A stretch of 38,928 nt of DNA. Source: Cystobasidiomycetes sp. EMM_F5. Its lineage: Eukaryota. The notes below the pieces were generated by a model. The model ran no database searches. It saw nothing but the letters and a program-made list of their open reading frames with translations, and was not told where the DNA came from. A program made the translations under genes and the position numbers. The stretch spans positions 1,178,001 to 1,216,928 of the forward strand of contig JBPGPT010000001.1 in assembly GCA_051047955.1 (NCBI GenBank), given 5' to 3'. This document shows, piece after piece, positions 14,498-27,511 of the stretch. Each line of letters opens with the position of its first letter. Position 1 is the stretch's first letter.

Positions 14498-16881
14498 ATG
14501 CCACCAGCTGGCAAACCAAATGCGACCAGCAAGCCCAAGCCAAAAGGTGCAGGAAAAGCACCGAGACTGAGACAGTCACTGGCATTAGATCCAAACCTCT
14601 TGCAGTCCTCTGGCAGCGACGGTGAAGGCGACCAGATATCTAGAAAGCTTGTCCAGCCGTTACGGGAAAGGACAACCACGAACAGCAGCAGCAATGCAGT
14701 CAATACGACCAAGGCCTCCGTTAACTCAACTTCATCGAGTCGAATGGCCGCAAGGCTTGAGCAGCAACTCAGCCCATCCAGACGATCACGGCGTATATCC
14801 AGTGATGGCTTGCGGGCAGAAGGCGACGCACATACCAATGGGGACGCCGACGCACATACGGTTGCCTCGACAGCACATAATGTGATGCCGACATTGAAAC
14901 CTCGTAAAAAGGCGAACAAGCCCGATAATGCCAGCCAAAGCCAACGCAAAGCGGCTCAGACGATAAATAAACAGCCGACACCTCCAGATTCTGATGTGGG
15001 AGAAACAATGGACGATGATGAGCCAACGATTCATGTCTCTGCAAAAAAGACTCGACCACTCAAGAAGGTCAAACCAGCATTACCTCTCAAGGTAGGTTGT
15101 TCGGCACAAGCCGATATCTCGAGCTGCCAATATCAATTTGCTAATGCACGGCCATGTCATAGAAGAATCCCGCCCTTCCGCTCCTATCGACGTCCGATAA
15201 CAGTGATGATTTCGCCTTCACGATAGAACAGCCATCCCAATTCTCTCAGACGGCCTCCCAACAAGGCTCGCATCACGCCTCCACCAGTGGAACTAGCGGC
15301 ATACAGAAACCAACGAAAACTCAGCTGAAGAAGAATAGTCGGGTCCAGCCTACGGCTCTTGAGGCTGAGGGCGCGTTGGACATTTCGCAGGCTGTGCGGC
15401 CCTATCAACCTGGGAAGCGCATGGACACCGAGCGATCACATAACGCAGCAGATGTCGGTAACCCACATGACAGAAAAGGAAAACGGAAGGCGGATCATGC
15501 GGTCGATTCTAGCCAAGAGACGGGGAGTCAGCGGGAGGGAGTATCTAAGAAAGGTCGCTTGGCGGGACTTGGACACTCGACCTTCGAGGTATGCCGTCCC
15601 TTCTATGGCTGCGCAACGCACGCTGCTGACTCGTGCGAGATTCCTCCGTTGCCACTTTAGCCTGGAACACCCCCCTCCACCATTCCAGTCTACACGCAAG
15701 AAACACCTGCGATACAGCGTAATTTGGCGATGAGAGCCGGCCTTCCGCCAGGGACGCCACGTACTCTGACCAGGCGCACTAGCAGTGACATGCGAGGTCG
15801 TCGAGGAAGCAGTATAGGCAATGGTTTTGAAGGTCAGTTCTGATGATAGCTTACAGGCGTATGTGCGGACTAAAGCAACTTGGTTCTGCTAGCCTTACCG
15901 CATCCGAGCCTTCCAACGAACACTCTTTACCGTCATATAAAAGCAGACGATCCTCCGGTCATTCGCTTCAGAACGCTCGTTACCTGGTCTTCTCATCGCT
16001 TGAAGGAATCATTAGATCAGTCAAAATCTACATCAGACTCGGTACGGCGGAAAGCGAGCAAGGCTTTAGAAGGCTTGATAGCCGACCTTGCAGAGAAGCG
16101 GCTGGATTTCAGCTGGAATAGCTCAATTGCGGACGAGGAGGATGGCTTGTCACTGGGAGCTATGGCTAAACTTCCGCCAAATCCAGTTAACGAGGCAAAT
16201 TCGGCACGACTAGCTGCGTGCCAGGCGTGGACAGCGCGCTTACAGGCCGAAGATGCTGCTCGAAACAGTCGGATCAATGCATATAAATCGATGACCGAGA
16301 ACATCACTCGCCTGACGTCGGTCATTCCACCGGCGCCTGCCATAGACGCTGACGGGACGCCTGGCATCGTTCCCGACCTTCTCCAACCGAATTGGCAGCT
16401 ACCTGTGCCTCGAATGCAGACAATGGAGGATGCACTGGCATATGGGAAGCGGCTGCTGCAACCCCCTTCCTCAAATCGAGACATCAACGATGCGCGAAAT
16501 CGGCGCAAGTCGGTCGCAGCCAGCAGCCAGCCTCCCGTGGACGATCGTCCGGACCAGGATCCGGATGTCATCGACGCCCACCAGGAACTTGGCACCTCCT
16601 TGGAACATATCACGTACGATGCTGCAAATATACACCAACTCGCATACAGGCTTGATCAGTTTCTCAAGCTCAGCAATACATACCTTAAAAACCACCTCGC
16701 TACATCATACATGGATCTCACGCACCTCTCGGAGCCACATACTTCGTCCTCGTCGGCACTATTACCTTCTTCGACGGTGCCAGGCTCAACCGCAGCAAAG
16801 CGTTCAATAGACTACCGCAGTCTCTTACGAGCTATATCGCGTGCAGACTCAGCTTCGACACAGAAATTGCAGCCTAAGTGA
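14498..16881 (+). CDS. DSN1: Kinetochore Mis12-complex subunit Dsn1/Mis13
   Basis: Exons 14498-15091, 15163-15588, 15661-15832, 15893-16881. A long disordered N-terminus is followed by ETPAIQRNLAMR...RRTSSDMRGRRGSS...PHPSLPTNTLYRHIKADDPPVIRFRTLVTWS and PNPVNEAN, the Dsn1 signature. Confidence 0.82.
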
Positions 16882-17287
16882 TCTGCGTAAAACAGTTTTC
16901 GTTGTATATAGCAGACTTTGACAGCAGAGTAATGTGAGTCTATAGGTTATCTGTTGTTGTGCCGGTATCATTGTCAGTCGCGCCTTGGTTGTATGTACAG
17001 ACCATCAGCTGGTTTGCGAGTCTTGCCTTGTCCTAACTGTGGTTGTGCTGCGCGCTGTGCGGGCACTTATGTCCTTCGCGTGGCTGCTTCATCCGAAAAA
17101 GCAACGTCCTGCTTTCACCGTAGTCTGGTGTCGGGATAAGCAAGATTGAATCATGTCTTGTTTTTGAATAAATTCTAGTGCGCAGTTGCCGGTATCTGAA
17201 TACAGTATCCGTGCCTGTCATCCCAGCTTCTGTCGAAGACAGAGACATGTTTACGTGAAGATTCAGTCGTTGAGCCGATAGCAGTCT

Positions 17288-17679
17288 TCATCCACCAGAG
17301 ACAGGGGGAATGATGGCAACCACATCCCCGCTCTGCAATACGCAAGCTGTTTGCTCGTCCAGCACAATCTCCTCATTTACGCTCCATGCGCTTTTATCGA
17401 TGACTGCCTGAAGCTCCGATGCTCTGTCCTTGTGAGATGCTAGAAGGTACTTGATGAGCACGGCAAGAGTGATGGGCGTCCCGTCGTGTGGTCGTGAAAG
17501 GGTGATCTTCTCGCTCTGAACATCCAAAGCGGTCCGTGCTGATGCGAAATACAGCATCGTGATCTGGGCAAAAAGGGAGTCAGCATTCGACTATACGATG
17601 CGCATATTGCGCTCGCTGCGGAGGAGTGAAGGATTACGTGTATGCTGCCATCCTCCGAATTCGAAAGAGCTGGCGTCAT
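17288..17679 (-). CDS. MOCS2A: Molybdopterin synthase sulfur-carrier (small) subunit, MoaD/ThiS ubiquitin-like fold
   Basis: Exons 17638-17679 and 17288-17563 give MTPALSNSEDGSIHITMLYFASART...SVNEE...LQSGDVVAIIPPVSGG*, with the C-terminal GG. Confidence 0.9.
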
Positions 17680-18303
17680 TGCTTTTGGTTGCCCTGACAA
17701 TGGGTCGGAAAGTCGGGGTGTTTGGGATTGCAGAGTTTAGTGAAGCCTCCAACAGCGGCTGAGAGCAGCTGCAGCAACTCATGCACAATAGATCCGGTTG
17801 ACAAGCGGACGCGAGGTGTTTAGACGCGTAAAGAGAGCCGAAGCGCGGTCGATCATTGTTTCGAGTAAATAAACACCAACTTGTTGACTGGCAGGTCGTA
17901 GCTGGCTGCTCGGACAACATGTGCCATTTGGTCACCACACATCGTATCGCTAGAGCAGCTATGTGGTTGGAAGCATGCCACGCTAGTTGGACTTGCCAAA
18001 TATTGACGCGGTCAAAGCTCGGAAAGCGGTCCGTGATGAGATGCCTTTGAATATGTACTTGTGCGTGGCGTGCGGGGTGGTGCACGACTCTTAGTTACAC
18101 ACTGCAGCCCCGCCATTTCGTCAGTAGGCTGTGGAGTTACGCTGCCGCCCTGCCATCCCATTCAACTTTTCACATCTCTCGCCAGCCCTGGTTTGCCTTT
18201 CTTCAGTTTGACATCGCTAAGCGACAAAGGCTGCGATACCAACCTACCATCAGTACTGCACCACACTCGTTCACTCAACCAAGCGGTACTGCGCTGCCCA
18301 GTC

Positions 18304-19008
18304 ATGAAGCTCTGCATGGCCATTCATATGGCTATTATCGCGGTCCTCTCTGTCGTTGGCGGCATCATGGCAACACCCTCCCCGGCAGTCTCGCAACCAG
18401 CCAGTCTGCACTTGTACGAGCGCGACGCAAACTACGGATACCCTACAACAATCAACGGACAGCAATGCCTTCTCGCAAACCCGCCCAATCTGTGAGTCCG
18501 GCCGAACCAGCTGTTTTGCCAGTGGCGTTGTGTTTTTTTTGGCTAATGTCGTCAATGATTGTCCAAAACAGAGCAGCTGGATCTTTGACTGTGGAGGAGG
18601 GATGCGTACGTTGATATCAAAGACGCGTCCTGGACTGCTCGCTGATCTCCCTTGCCCTTTACCGATGCTCACCATCCCACAGACCGCCTTTACAACCGCC
18701 GTCTCTGGAGACACCTGCTATGGCCTGCTTCACGTTGACTACGACCCTGATCTCCTTTCGGATTTCTACATGAACAACCCCGCCGTAGGCAAGTGCAGAG
18801 CGGTAACAGCAAAGGGGCACATTTATCTGACTTGATATACTTGGTCACAAATACAGGCTGCGGATGCTACGATCTGCAAATTGGGACTGCGTAGTAAGCG
18901 TTGACCACGTACTCCGTATGTTCCTGTGTTTGCACTTTTAATTGACCATTTCTTCCCTGCTCTCGCTGCTCATCTTACAGTTGCGTCTCGGACAATCTCG
19001 TCTATTAG
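18304..19008 (+). CDS. Small secreted single-LysM protein 1
   Basis: Signal peptide. Exons 18304-18491, 18572-18605, 18683-18788, 18857-18893, 18981-19008 give GCTAFTTAVSGDTCYGLL...DFYMNNPAVGCGCYDLQIGTAYCV, a fungal Cys-containing LysM. Confidence 0.82.
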
Positions 19009-19922
19009 AACTGGCCATATTCAGCGCCTCAGCAGTAGTCATTTCGTCGCACGAAGTTACCCTCGCTCGTTCTCTCGTATGCTGCATTGCATTACATTGC
19101 ATGACAGCGGCATGACAGCTCGCCAGTTACCCTCGCATTTCGTTATCTTCGGTCTGCGTGCCCGTCTCCAAATCCGTGCTAATTCCCTGCTACAAGACCC
19201 TGCTGTATTCTAGGAGAAACATTTCACTAGATGCACAAGTTATCATGCTTTCTTGGTCGTACATTGTTTGCGTACTCTTCAGCGGCATGCGCCATTCTTC
19301 GTATGACGTCGTATTGCTTTGCTCCCTTGCCGTGCATTCTACATGTCTGTGGCTCTTTATCATCGTGGACTCTAAGCGCATGCATGGCGCCTCTTTAAGA
19401 CACCCTCAACGGTCGATATCGTGTGGGTGGCTTTTGAGCGGGGTCTTTTTTGCCACATCTGTTCCCCTTGCGCCAATTCATGCCAGGTAACAAGCAAGTA
19501 GTGGTGAAGATACATGCAATGAGAATGATATTTCTTATTCTATACTTTCACAAGTCGACCCTTTGGGCAGTTCCCCTTTCTTCCCGACTTTGTCCCTGTT
19601 CCCCCCTGACCTTCTCAGCCGTTGGACCCGTCATGTTTCTCCCCCTGTCGAAAAGGCTCAACCTCAGCTTTTGTGTTTGTTGCGTCAATCGAGGTCGGCG
19701 TCGTCAGGCTGTGGACTGTTCTGCTCTGACTGCACTGTGCGCTTTTGACACTCACATTCTCGACACTCCCATCGCTGTGTTCCCACTCCAACCCCCTCCC
19801 ACTGTCGTTTCATCCAACACCCTCGCTCAGGCCTACCCCTTGCAGCCCTCTCAAACTAAACCCAGGCAGGTCCTTGAACAATCCACAAACCCCACAAACA
19901 ACCAACACAAGATTCTCACGAC

Positions 19923-20735
19923 ATGAAGGCTGCTACTGCACTGCTGTTTGCTGTGGCCGTTCTCATAACACGCGCTGCTGCTCATCCCTCGAGTGCAGAC
20001 CAGGTCGAGCTGTTTGACCGATCCATTCTCAACGGCGCACGGGCCCTTCTGCCGCCGTCTGTCCCGCTCGGCGCAAACATTGCCAAACGCGACGAGCAGA
20101 TTACAGCAAACACGAGTCGAATGCTCAAGCGACGTGGTGCTGGACTGATTGAGGCTCGTGATGTCGATGGCGACGTGTCTGCCTTGGTCGAGAGGGGCAG
20201 CACCGCCAAGAAGGATAACGAAGACGACTGCGACGATGAGGATGACGCAGATGACGACGAGCAGTGTGATAGCGGCAACGACGATGACGAAGACTGTGAG
20301 GATGAGGATGACAAGCCAGCAAGTAAGCCAGCAAGCAAACCGGCCGACAAGCCAGTCACTTCGCCAAAGTCCAACGGTGTCGGATCAAAGGTTGTCGGCG
20401 TCAATGCTCAACCCGCAGTAGCTCAAGCAGCTGTGGCAGCTTCCAGCTCGTTGTTGAAGACTCCGAGCAATCTGTAAGTGTCGCTCAACCCCTTCCGTCA
20501 GTCAATTTCCTGATGCCGTTGTTTGCCCATTAGCTCAAAAGGTTCATTCACGGTTGAAGACGGCTGCACGTCCTATTACGTTCCCGTATCCGGCGACTAT
20601 TGCTACAAGGTCATTCAGGGCACCAAGCTGTCGCTCGAACAATTCTACTGTCTCAACCCGGATCTCACCTCGGACTGCCAGAACCTCAACATTGGCGTCT
20701 CGTACTGCACCGGCTTTTCGGGAGTATGGCCATGA
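19923..20735 (+). CDS. Secreted single-LysM protein 2 with acidic Cys-containing linker
   Basis: Signal peptide MKAATALLFAVAVL; intron 20474-20533; LysM GCTSYYVPVSGDYCYKVI...LEQFYCLNPDLTSDCQNLNIGVSYC. Confidence 0.88.
20313..20360 (+). repeat. Four imperfect 12-nt coding repeats (KPAS KPAS KPAD KPVT)
   Basis: aagccagcaagt aagccagcaagc aaaccggccgac aagccagtcact. Confidence 0.75.
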
Positions 20736-21833
20736 GCTATACCTGAACAGAGCTGGAGTCAAGTCAACAGTGCAAGTTGGAGATTGGTTGTCAGAAGGAA
20801 GGAATAGGAGAGGAGGTGATGTGACTTGATGTCTTAATTGCCTCGGATGGCCGTCATTTTGTCGTTTCTGTAGGGTAATATCCTGGTTAGCCGTCACTTC
20901 GTTCTAATGCAAGGCATTTTCGCGCGTAAAGGATTGACTTTGGCCGCGGGCATGTGAGCTGCGGCATGTTCTGGCCATTCAGCGACTTCAGAGCGTAGTC
21001 TGCAGGAAGCATTGTTGCAGTGGACAGCCTGCACTATGTTTGGCTTATCGTTCTTTTGAGAATCTATCATGGTAGTCGCATCGTTCGCGATAAAGTCGGG
21101 CTTTGAGAAATCTTCCGCCTCTCTGTTCTGCGTCTCTACACTGCTGTACAGCACATTCGCTCCTGCAGACGCTGAAAGACGCACGATCCGTATGTTCACA
21201 GGATGCTGACTTCGCAACACTGTGACTTTGCGTGCAAGACCAAGATGCGCCCGCGTCCAAAAGAGCATTCCTCCTCGGACCTTAGAGAGAGGAATGCCGC
21301 AAGAGCATTTCAAACGCGCATATAGCCCTTCTACGCCTACTATCACGCGTACAAGCCTAACATGCCTGCCTACTGCGCGTAAAATTGCCATGAAGCAGCT
21401 TGATTTGGTAATCTAATTGCCTCGACATACCGCAACGTGTACCGAAGACTGCGAATTATACATGTTTTTCAGTGTTTACTGACGAGAATTTGTTTTGAGC
21501 GAGTGTACCTTCGCAAGCCCTCGTGTCGCACCACATACTCCTTCTTTTCTTCTTTCTCTTACGAACTACCTGACATCCGACCATCTTACGCTCTACGCGC
21601 ACCCATACACGTCACTAACGAGTGACACACTTGTTCCCACCCTTCGACAACTACCTCTAGTATCTACGCCCGCACGGCACCCACATTCCCTCCCCAAATC
21701 GCTACCCTATCCAGCAAGTTCATTGTTATTAACTATCGGGACTCAAAAACCTCAAATTCGACACCGAACCTCTCTACTTGATACTCAATACTGCGTTGGA
21801 CTCATTGACGCCGCACTTACATCGAAATCAACA

Positions 21834-23162
21834 ATGTTCACTCACTCAAACCTGTTTGCCGCCACATTGGCACTCTACCTGGCGACTGCCGTATCTGCTA
21901 ACTCTGAAGCCCGTCTACACGGCCTCCTGCAACGCGAACGTCTTCTCGATCGTGCCGACTTGCCGCCTATGCGACCTGCCGTCCTTCCAGATGGTATGAT
22001 AGTACAGGAAGCTCCCTCCTCGTCCTCCAACGTCTGGACCGGTCGTCGACGCGGCGAGTCGAGCAGGCGCTCTTCAAGAAGAGTCGCCTTTGCACGTCAT
22101 GCTTTCTTTGAATCTCGCAACTCCCCCCGCGATGCAGACACAGATGATGACGCACAAGACCTCATTTACCGCCAGATAAACATGCCTTTACCTATACAAA
22201 TACGCGCTGCGTCCGCGAATGACCACGACGACGATATCGAAGACAATTATGATTGCGTCGAAGATATTCCTTCCTCTGTCCCCTATACCTCTGCGAGCCA
22301 TGTACCAGTCACCAGCTATAGTGAGCGCGCTTGGTGTGCAACTCCTGCGATGCGAACGTCGCTGATGCAAAATCTGATTTTTGTAGCCCCTTCTATCACC
22401 ACGTCATTCCCTGTCACCTCAGCGGCAGTGTCACCAAGCTCCTCATCCCAGTACTTCCCGGCTTCTACGTCCAACCCTAGTCATACCTCCGCCGCCATTA
22501 ACGCTGCCAACGCTGCGGGACTGAAAGCCGCATACGCTGCACCAGCACCTTCTTCCTCTTCTCCTGCATCTTCCGCTGGCCCTGTTTCATACAGTGCACC
22601 TGCTCCTCCAGCATTCACGCCTCAGTTTCAGCCCAAGAACGCCAAAAACACTACCACCACCACCATTTCAAAGCTCTTTACTCCAAAGACAATGTAAGCT
22701 CACTTCTGGTGAAGCCAGACGAGTATTTGTGAACGAATACTGACTCGGTGCTCCAGTGCAAACGGAACACTTACCGCCGAGAAAGGCTGCCAGCGTTACC
22801 ACACCGTCCAGCAAGGCGATATTTGTCTCAGTATCGTCGACCAGGCCCGAGATCTCAACCTTACTCTGGCCCAGCTCTACATTCTGAACCCTGCCATCAA
22901 CAGTGAGTGTACAAATCTGCAGATTGGTTGGAGCTTGTGCCTCGGCAAGAAGTCATCTCGGCTGTTTAGCCCTAGCGCATCCGCGAAGAAACACTTTGCG
23001 CCATCCGCGCCAGTCAGCACTACTACTGTCATCAGAACCTCCACGCAGACAGTTCGGACCGTCGCAGCTGTTATACAGACCGTCAGCGATGAGTCAATTT
23101 TCATCGTGACCAGAACATCAACCATCACGCCGACTGCTAAACCATCCGCTCGTCGACGATGA
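21834..23162 (+). CDS. Secreted single-LysM protein 3 with long Ser/Pro/Ala/Thr-rich region
   Basis: Signal peptide MFTHSNLFAATLALYLATAVSA; introns 22321-22386 and 22694-22756; LysM GCQRYHTVQQGDICLSIV...LTLAQLYILNPAINSECTNLQIGWSLC. Confidence 0.87.
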
Positions 23163-23421
23163 ACGAGACGATAACGGAAGAACAAGCGTGATTGACTCTC
23201 GACACCCTGGCGGTAAATGGAGACACGTAGTAGATTCCACGTTGAATTCGTTAGCCTTAATACCTTCCTTGGCTGCGTAGACCCTTAATGCACTCCTTTA
23301 TGACTACATCTGCCGGTTTCCGTAAGGCGATCTCAAGCGTGACCTGCGACTTCTTGCATTGCGCCTGACTACTGACATTCGGTCTGACATTGTACAACGG
23401 TTACAATTGCGGTCCTGAACC

Positions 23422-26400
23422 TCACGTCGCAGGGTACCACCTCTCCTTGAGCGATTTACGTTGAACCTGGAGCGTAAGAAGCCAGTTAATCAGCATTCCT
23501 CCAAGATGGCAATGCCGAGGACCGCCACGTACGATTGGCCTCATGACACCAATAGCAGCCAGTAATGCCAGCGTTGTCGCCAGCAGTTGTACCTTATTGA
23601 AGTCCCTGCTCAGCACGTCGAATCGTCCACTGGGACTAACAGAGCTGCCAAAGAGGTCAAGACCATATGCCAATACCTGGCTCGTAGATTCGAGGATGGT
23701 GGGTGTTGACGCTATCCCGCGCACTCCCGCAACCCGGACTTTGTGCGTGATGACCCATTTCGGATCAATAGTGATAAGTGGATCGTATGGCATGAGCATT
23801 TCTTCCATATCAGCCTTTGTAGGTTTTTGTGTTGGCCGTCGAGGATCCAGGAAACGCCGTGGTATGGCTATGATCTGGTCTTGCGAGGTGCTCACTGCGT
23901 CGATTGTTCGGGATAAGCATATCAACACGCAGCAAGATCTTGGTCCGGCTTACCCAGAAGTGTTTTTGTGGAGATACCGTGTACAGTCTGCGATGTACTG
24001 AGCGAAGTAATGCGTACGGGCAGAATGAAAGCTTGTGAGATGGCGTAAGGCATGGTCTCGTTCGTATCGCGTCCAAAACGACTGTAAAACAATGCAATGA
24101 GTTCTGGTATATTTTTTTTTGGAAGTCAGCTTGTCCTACGGAGATTCAGAAGTGCAAGTAGTCGGCTTGAACAGCTCCACGGACGTAATTCGCGTACGAT
24201 GGCCTTCGGAAGACTGGTCGCTAAAGGCGTAGACCAGCCAATTTTCGGTCAGCGTTACATGAACCGTTGTTCCAGCTGGTGCTACGCCTTCATATGTAGT
24301 AGACCACTGTAGTGTGCCAGTGAGACCATCGACGAGTAGCACGGTAAGTGTCTCAGCCGAATCGTCGATCAGTACAAGAGCGTAGAGGTGCGGATTGAGG
24401 TATTTATGCAAGGTACTCCGATCGCCGAGTACGCGACCGACAGAGGCGACTTTCCCTTAGGATGCATCATATTCAGGCGACGTTTGAATTGTGTTGGCGT
24501 TAGTCGTTTGCGCTCACCTCGTGTCTGCCTCTCAGAAGCTACTATGCGACGTCCATGGGATTGAGAGTACTGCCATACCCCTTGCAGCGGAAGATCCTGT
24601 AGATTGCTGTTGATCAGACTTTTCATCATTACCATCAGACGTATCATACCTTGTCATAAGCAGCCGAAGCAGCAGTAAAGCCCGTCAAGGTATTGGGTAC
24701 CGTCAATGCCGTTAGCGACCAGTCACGTATGTCGCTCGTCCCAGGCTCAGATGGCGACATGGGTTGCGGGGGCCTATGCAAGCGGATCGTCTGCGTGTTT
24801 TTGTCAGCTGCTGTGATTGCCAATGATGAACAAACCCAACCTTTTGCGCAAAATCCGCAATGGCAAATGTCGATTGTGTGGACTCGCCGACTGTATACAC
24901 TTCGTCGATGCTTGATCTCGATATCTCTTCCTGCGAGACCGTCTTGCTGAACGCTTCTCCCGTTAACCCATCCATGTAGTATGCGTACGTATGGGACCCG
25001 TCCTGAAGCACTGCTGTCAGTAAAAGCGCGGTAGTATCGAGGCTTGCGGCTCACATGCGCATCTTTCACGACAGCGAAAGCCGTAAGAAGAACCCTGCCG
25101 TCCTGTCGATCGTTAGAGACGAACAGCCGGCGCCACGTGCATGACTGATAACCTGTCTTGGGATCGTTCGATAGAGGTAACAAGATGCGCTCCCAAAGAA
25201 TGGTGCCACCATTACCTACGTCTACTGCATATAGCTTGCCCAGTTCGGATGCCACGTAGGCAATCTTTCTATAACCAAAAGCGTCTGACAACCAATCTCG
25301 ACTGTGGCTTGTTGACACTGCATTGACGGGATTTCGAAGGCCTATTGTCCGCAAGGCAATGTCGAGTGAGTACTTCAGGATGTCGACGGCTTGCGACGGA
25401 GATGTAGGAATGGATAAAGTGCGGATGTCACTACTGATCGATCCGTTTCGCCTTGACAAAGGCAAGAAAGCTATGCTATCGATGCCTTTGGCGCTGTACG
25501 ACAGGTGCGCAAGACCCTCTTCACGAGAGAACTGCAGACCTCCCCCAAGCCACCCCTGGAACGCGCCAGAAGTTGATGTAACAATCATTCTCGCGATAAG
25601 GCTCGGTCCTGTTCGTGGCGCCACTTCAGCTGTGGCTGTCACTAAATCGCCGTACTTGCTAGGAACGTATGGAAAGGTGGACCCAAAGACGACCCCAGCT
25701 GCCGAGTGCTCGGTCGCGTCTCGGGTCCACGTAGACATGCTTGCCATCTGCGTGAGCAATACATTAGCATAGCAGCTCATCATGTCTGCGCTTTGCCTAT
25801 TCTGCTCACTCCAAGCACCTGCGAAATATGGAAGCGAGTGACGTGAGAGTTACCTGCACGATCCAAGATGCCACTGTACAGGGCATGTTGTTGAGAATCG
25901 CCATACGCATACAATTGCTTGATGATGCCATCGCTTGCGCATACAAACACTACGGCCGTTCCGTCTTTGCGTTTTGCTACGAATATTCCCTCCTCTTCGA
26001 GATCTACGCTGACGAGCTCGATAAACTTGGTGACCGCGTCCCCGCTGTACTTGCTAATGATAGGAGGGGAAGAGCCATCTACGAAGAGGAAAACGCTATG
26101 GAGCTGACCGGCCTTGTCGAGCGTGATTATGCGAGACTCGGCCGTCCCGAAAGCGGGCGGTAGGATCAGTAGAGACTCTAGGTTGTCGACCGATACGCCT
26201 TGGATGGGTCGTGGTGAGGGGTTGTACGCAGTGCCGTCTATCGTGTTGATGTTGATTGTCAGCAGACCGTATGAGCCTGGATTGCGTTTGATTAGCAAGA
26301 GTTGGAGGAGGGTTGCATCCTGTGACGGGGGCAGTATTGCGTGAATCTGGGCGAGGGGTCTTCAGATGTGCACGACTTGATAATCAGCCAGTGTACGACG

Positions 26401-27186
26401 AAGCGGACGCTATCACTCACTCTGTTGGTAGATCAATGGTATACTCCCATACAACATCGCCAGTCTTTCCACTGATCAAGCGCACATCCCTCCCGTTTGC
26501 CAAGGTAAATACATCAGAGTCCTGAGACGTGGACGCAAATACTGCATCGGCAGCGATTGAACCAGGCTCTGGAAGGAGACCGCGTTCTGGGGAATGCTGG
26601 TTGACACTCCAGGCAAGATGACCTGTGCTCGCGGAGAAGAGGTGAACCTGGGAAGCGGCGGGTCCGGTCAAGGCGAGGATTGCTGTATGCGCATTGTAAC
26701 GGTGACGATAAGACGAGTGACGCGTTAGCTTTACTGATAACTGTCTTGCGGCGTCAAATGTCAATTGCGGTACATGCAAACGCACAATCTCCCTGGAGGG
26801 CAAAACGGAGGATAGGCTGCTCGGTAGGGAATACTTGTCTCCAGACTGACAAAGGAAATGGTTTGAACCATAGACGTGAATTCAATAATTACTCCTCAGC
26901 GGAAACTCGACATGCTCTCTAGCCCGCACCCACCGAGTCCGCCAGCCCGGGGGTCTATGGCCGCCAGGACGTTCCTCTGAGTCGCAGTGTAGACGAGTGC
27001 CGATACGTGCGACTGCTTTCTCCCAGCCGCATAGTGGAAGCGAGGCCGCTTTCCAGCCTCGACGGACGGCTTTCCAATGAGGCTCAGGTGCCAGTCGTGG
27101 GAGCCTGCGTCGCGCTGGGATATGGCATTGACGAAGAGGCAGCCATGCAGGACGGCGAGGAGCGACAGCAGCGGTGCAGTGCGCAT
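23422..27186 (-). CDS. EMC1: ER membrane protein complex subunit 1
   Basis: Signal peptide plus DAGSHDWH, beta-propeller-like body, DAFGYRK, KYLNPH, TENWLVY, LDPRRP, TILESTSQVLAYGLDLF...PSGRFDVLSRDFNKVQL, a TM helix and a basic tail. Confidence 0.92.
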
Positions 27187-27511
27187 GGTTTGGGTAAACG
27201 GAGACAGCATATACGATATCATTACAATTCAACTGCCATAGTAATGGCTGTAATAATGGCGAATAAAACCAATACTCTTCCTCACGTCTGCTACTTGTAC
27301 TTGACGTTGCTGCCTGACCATATCGTGCCCACGTTTGCCATGTTACCCACGTTGCCCGGTTGTCTGATCTGATTGATACCAGGTTGTCAGTGCACCATCT
27401 TGCACCAGTCTGCAAGTCCTCTGAGTCCCTTGAGTCCTGCCCAGCAACTCTGCCGTTTCCGAGCTAGTTCCCTCTGCCGGCAGCCTGCATCGCTCCTCCT
27501 CCTTGCATCTT

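Noticed and set aside
17033..17248. ORF downstream of MOCS2A as a bicistronic MOCS2B/MoaE partner
   Set aside because: The 71-aa ORF has no MoaE motifs and is too short; it is probably 3'UTR.
21495..21833. N-terminal extension of the 400-aa ORF before LysM3
   Set aside because: It starts at TTG in pyrimidine-rich promoter/leader sequence; the signal peptide begins at ATG 21834.
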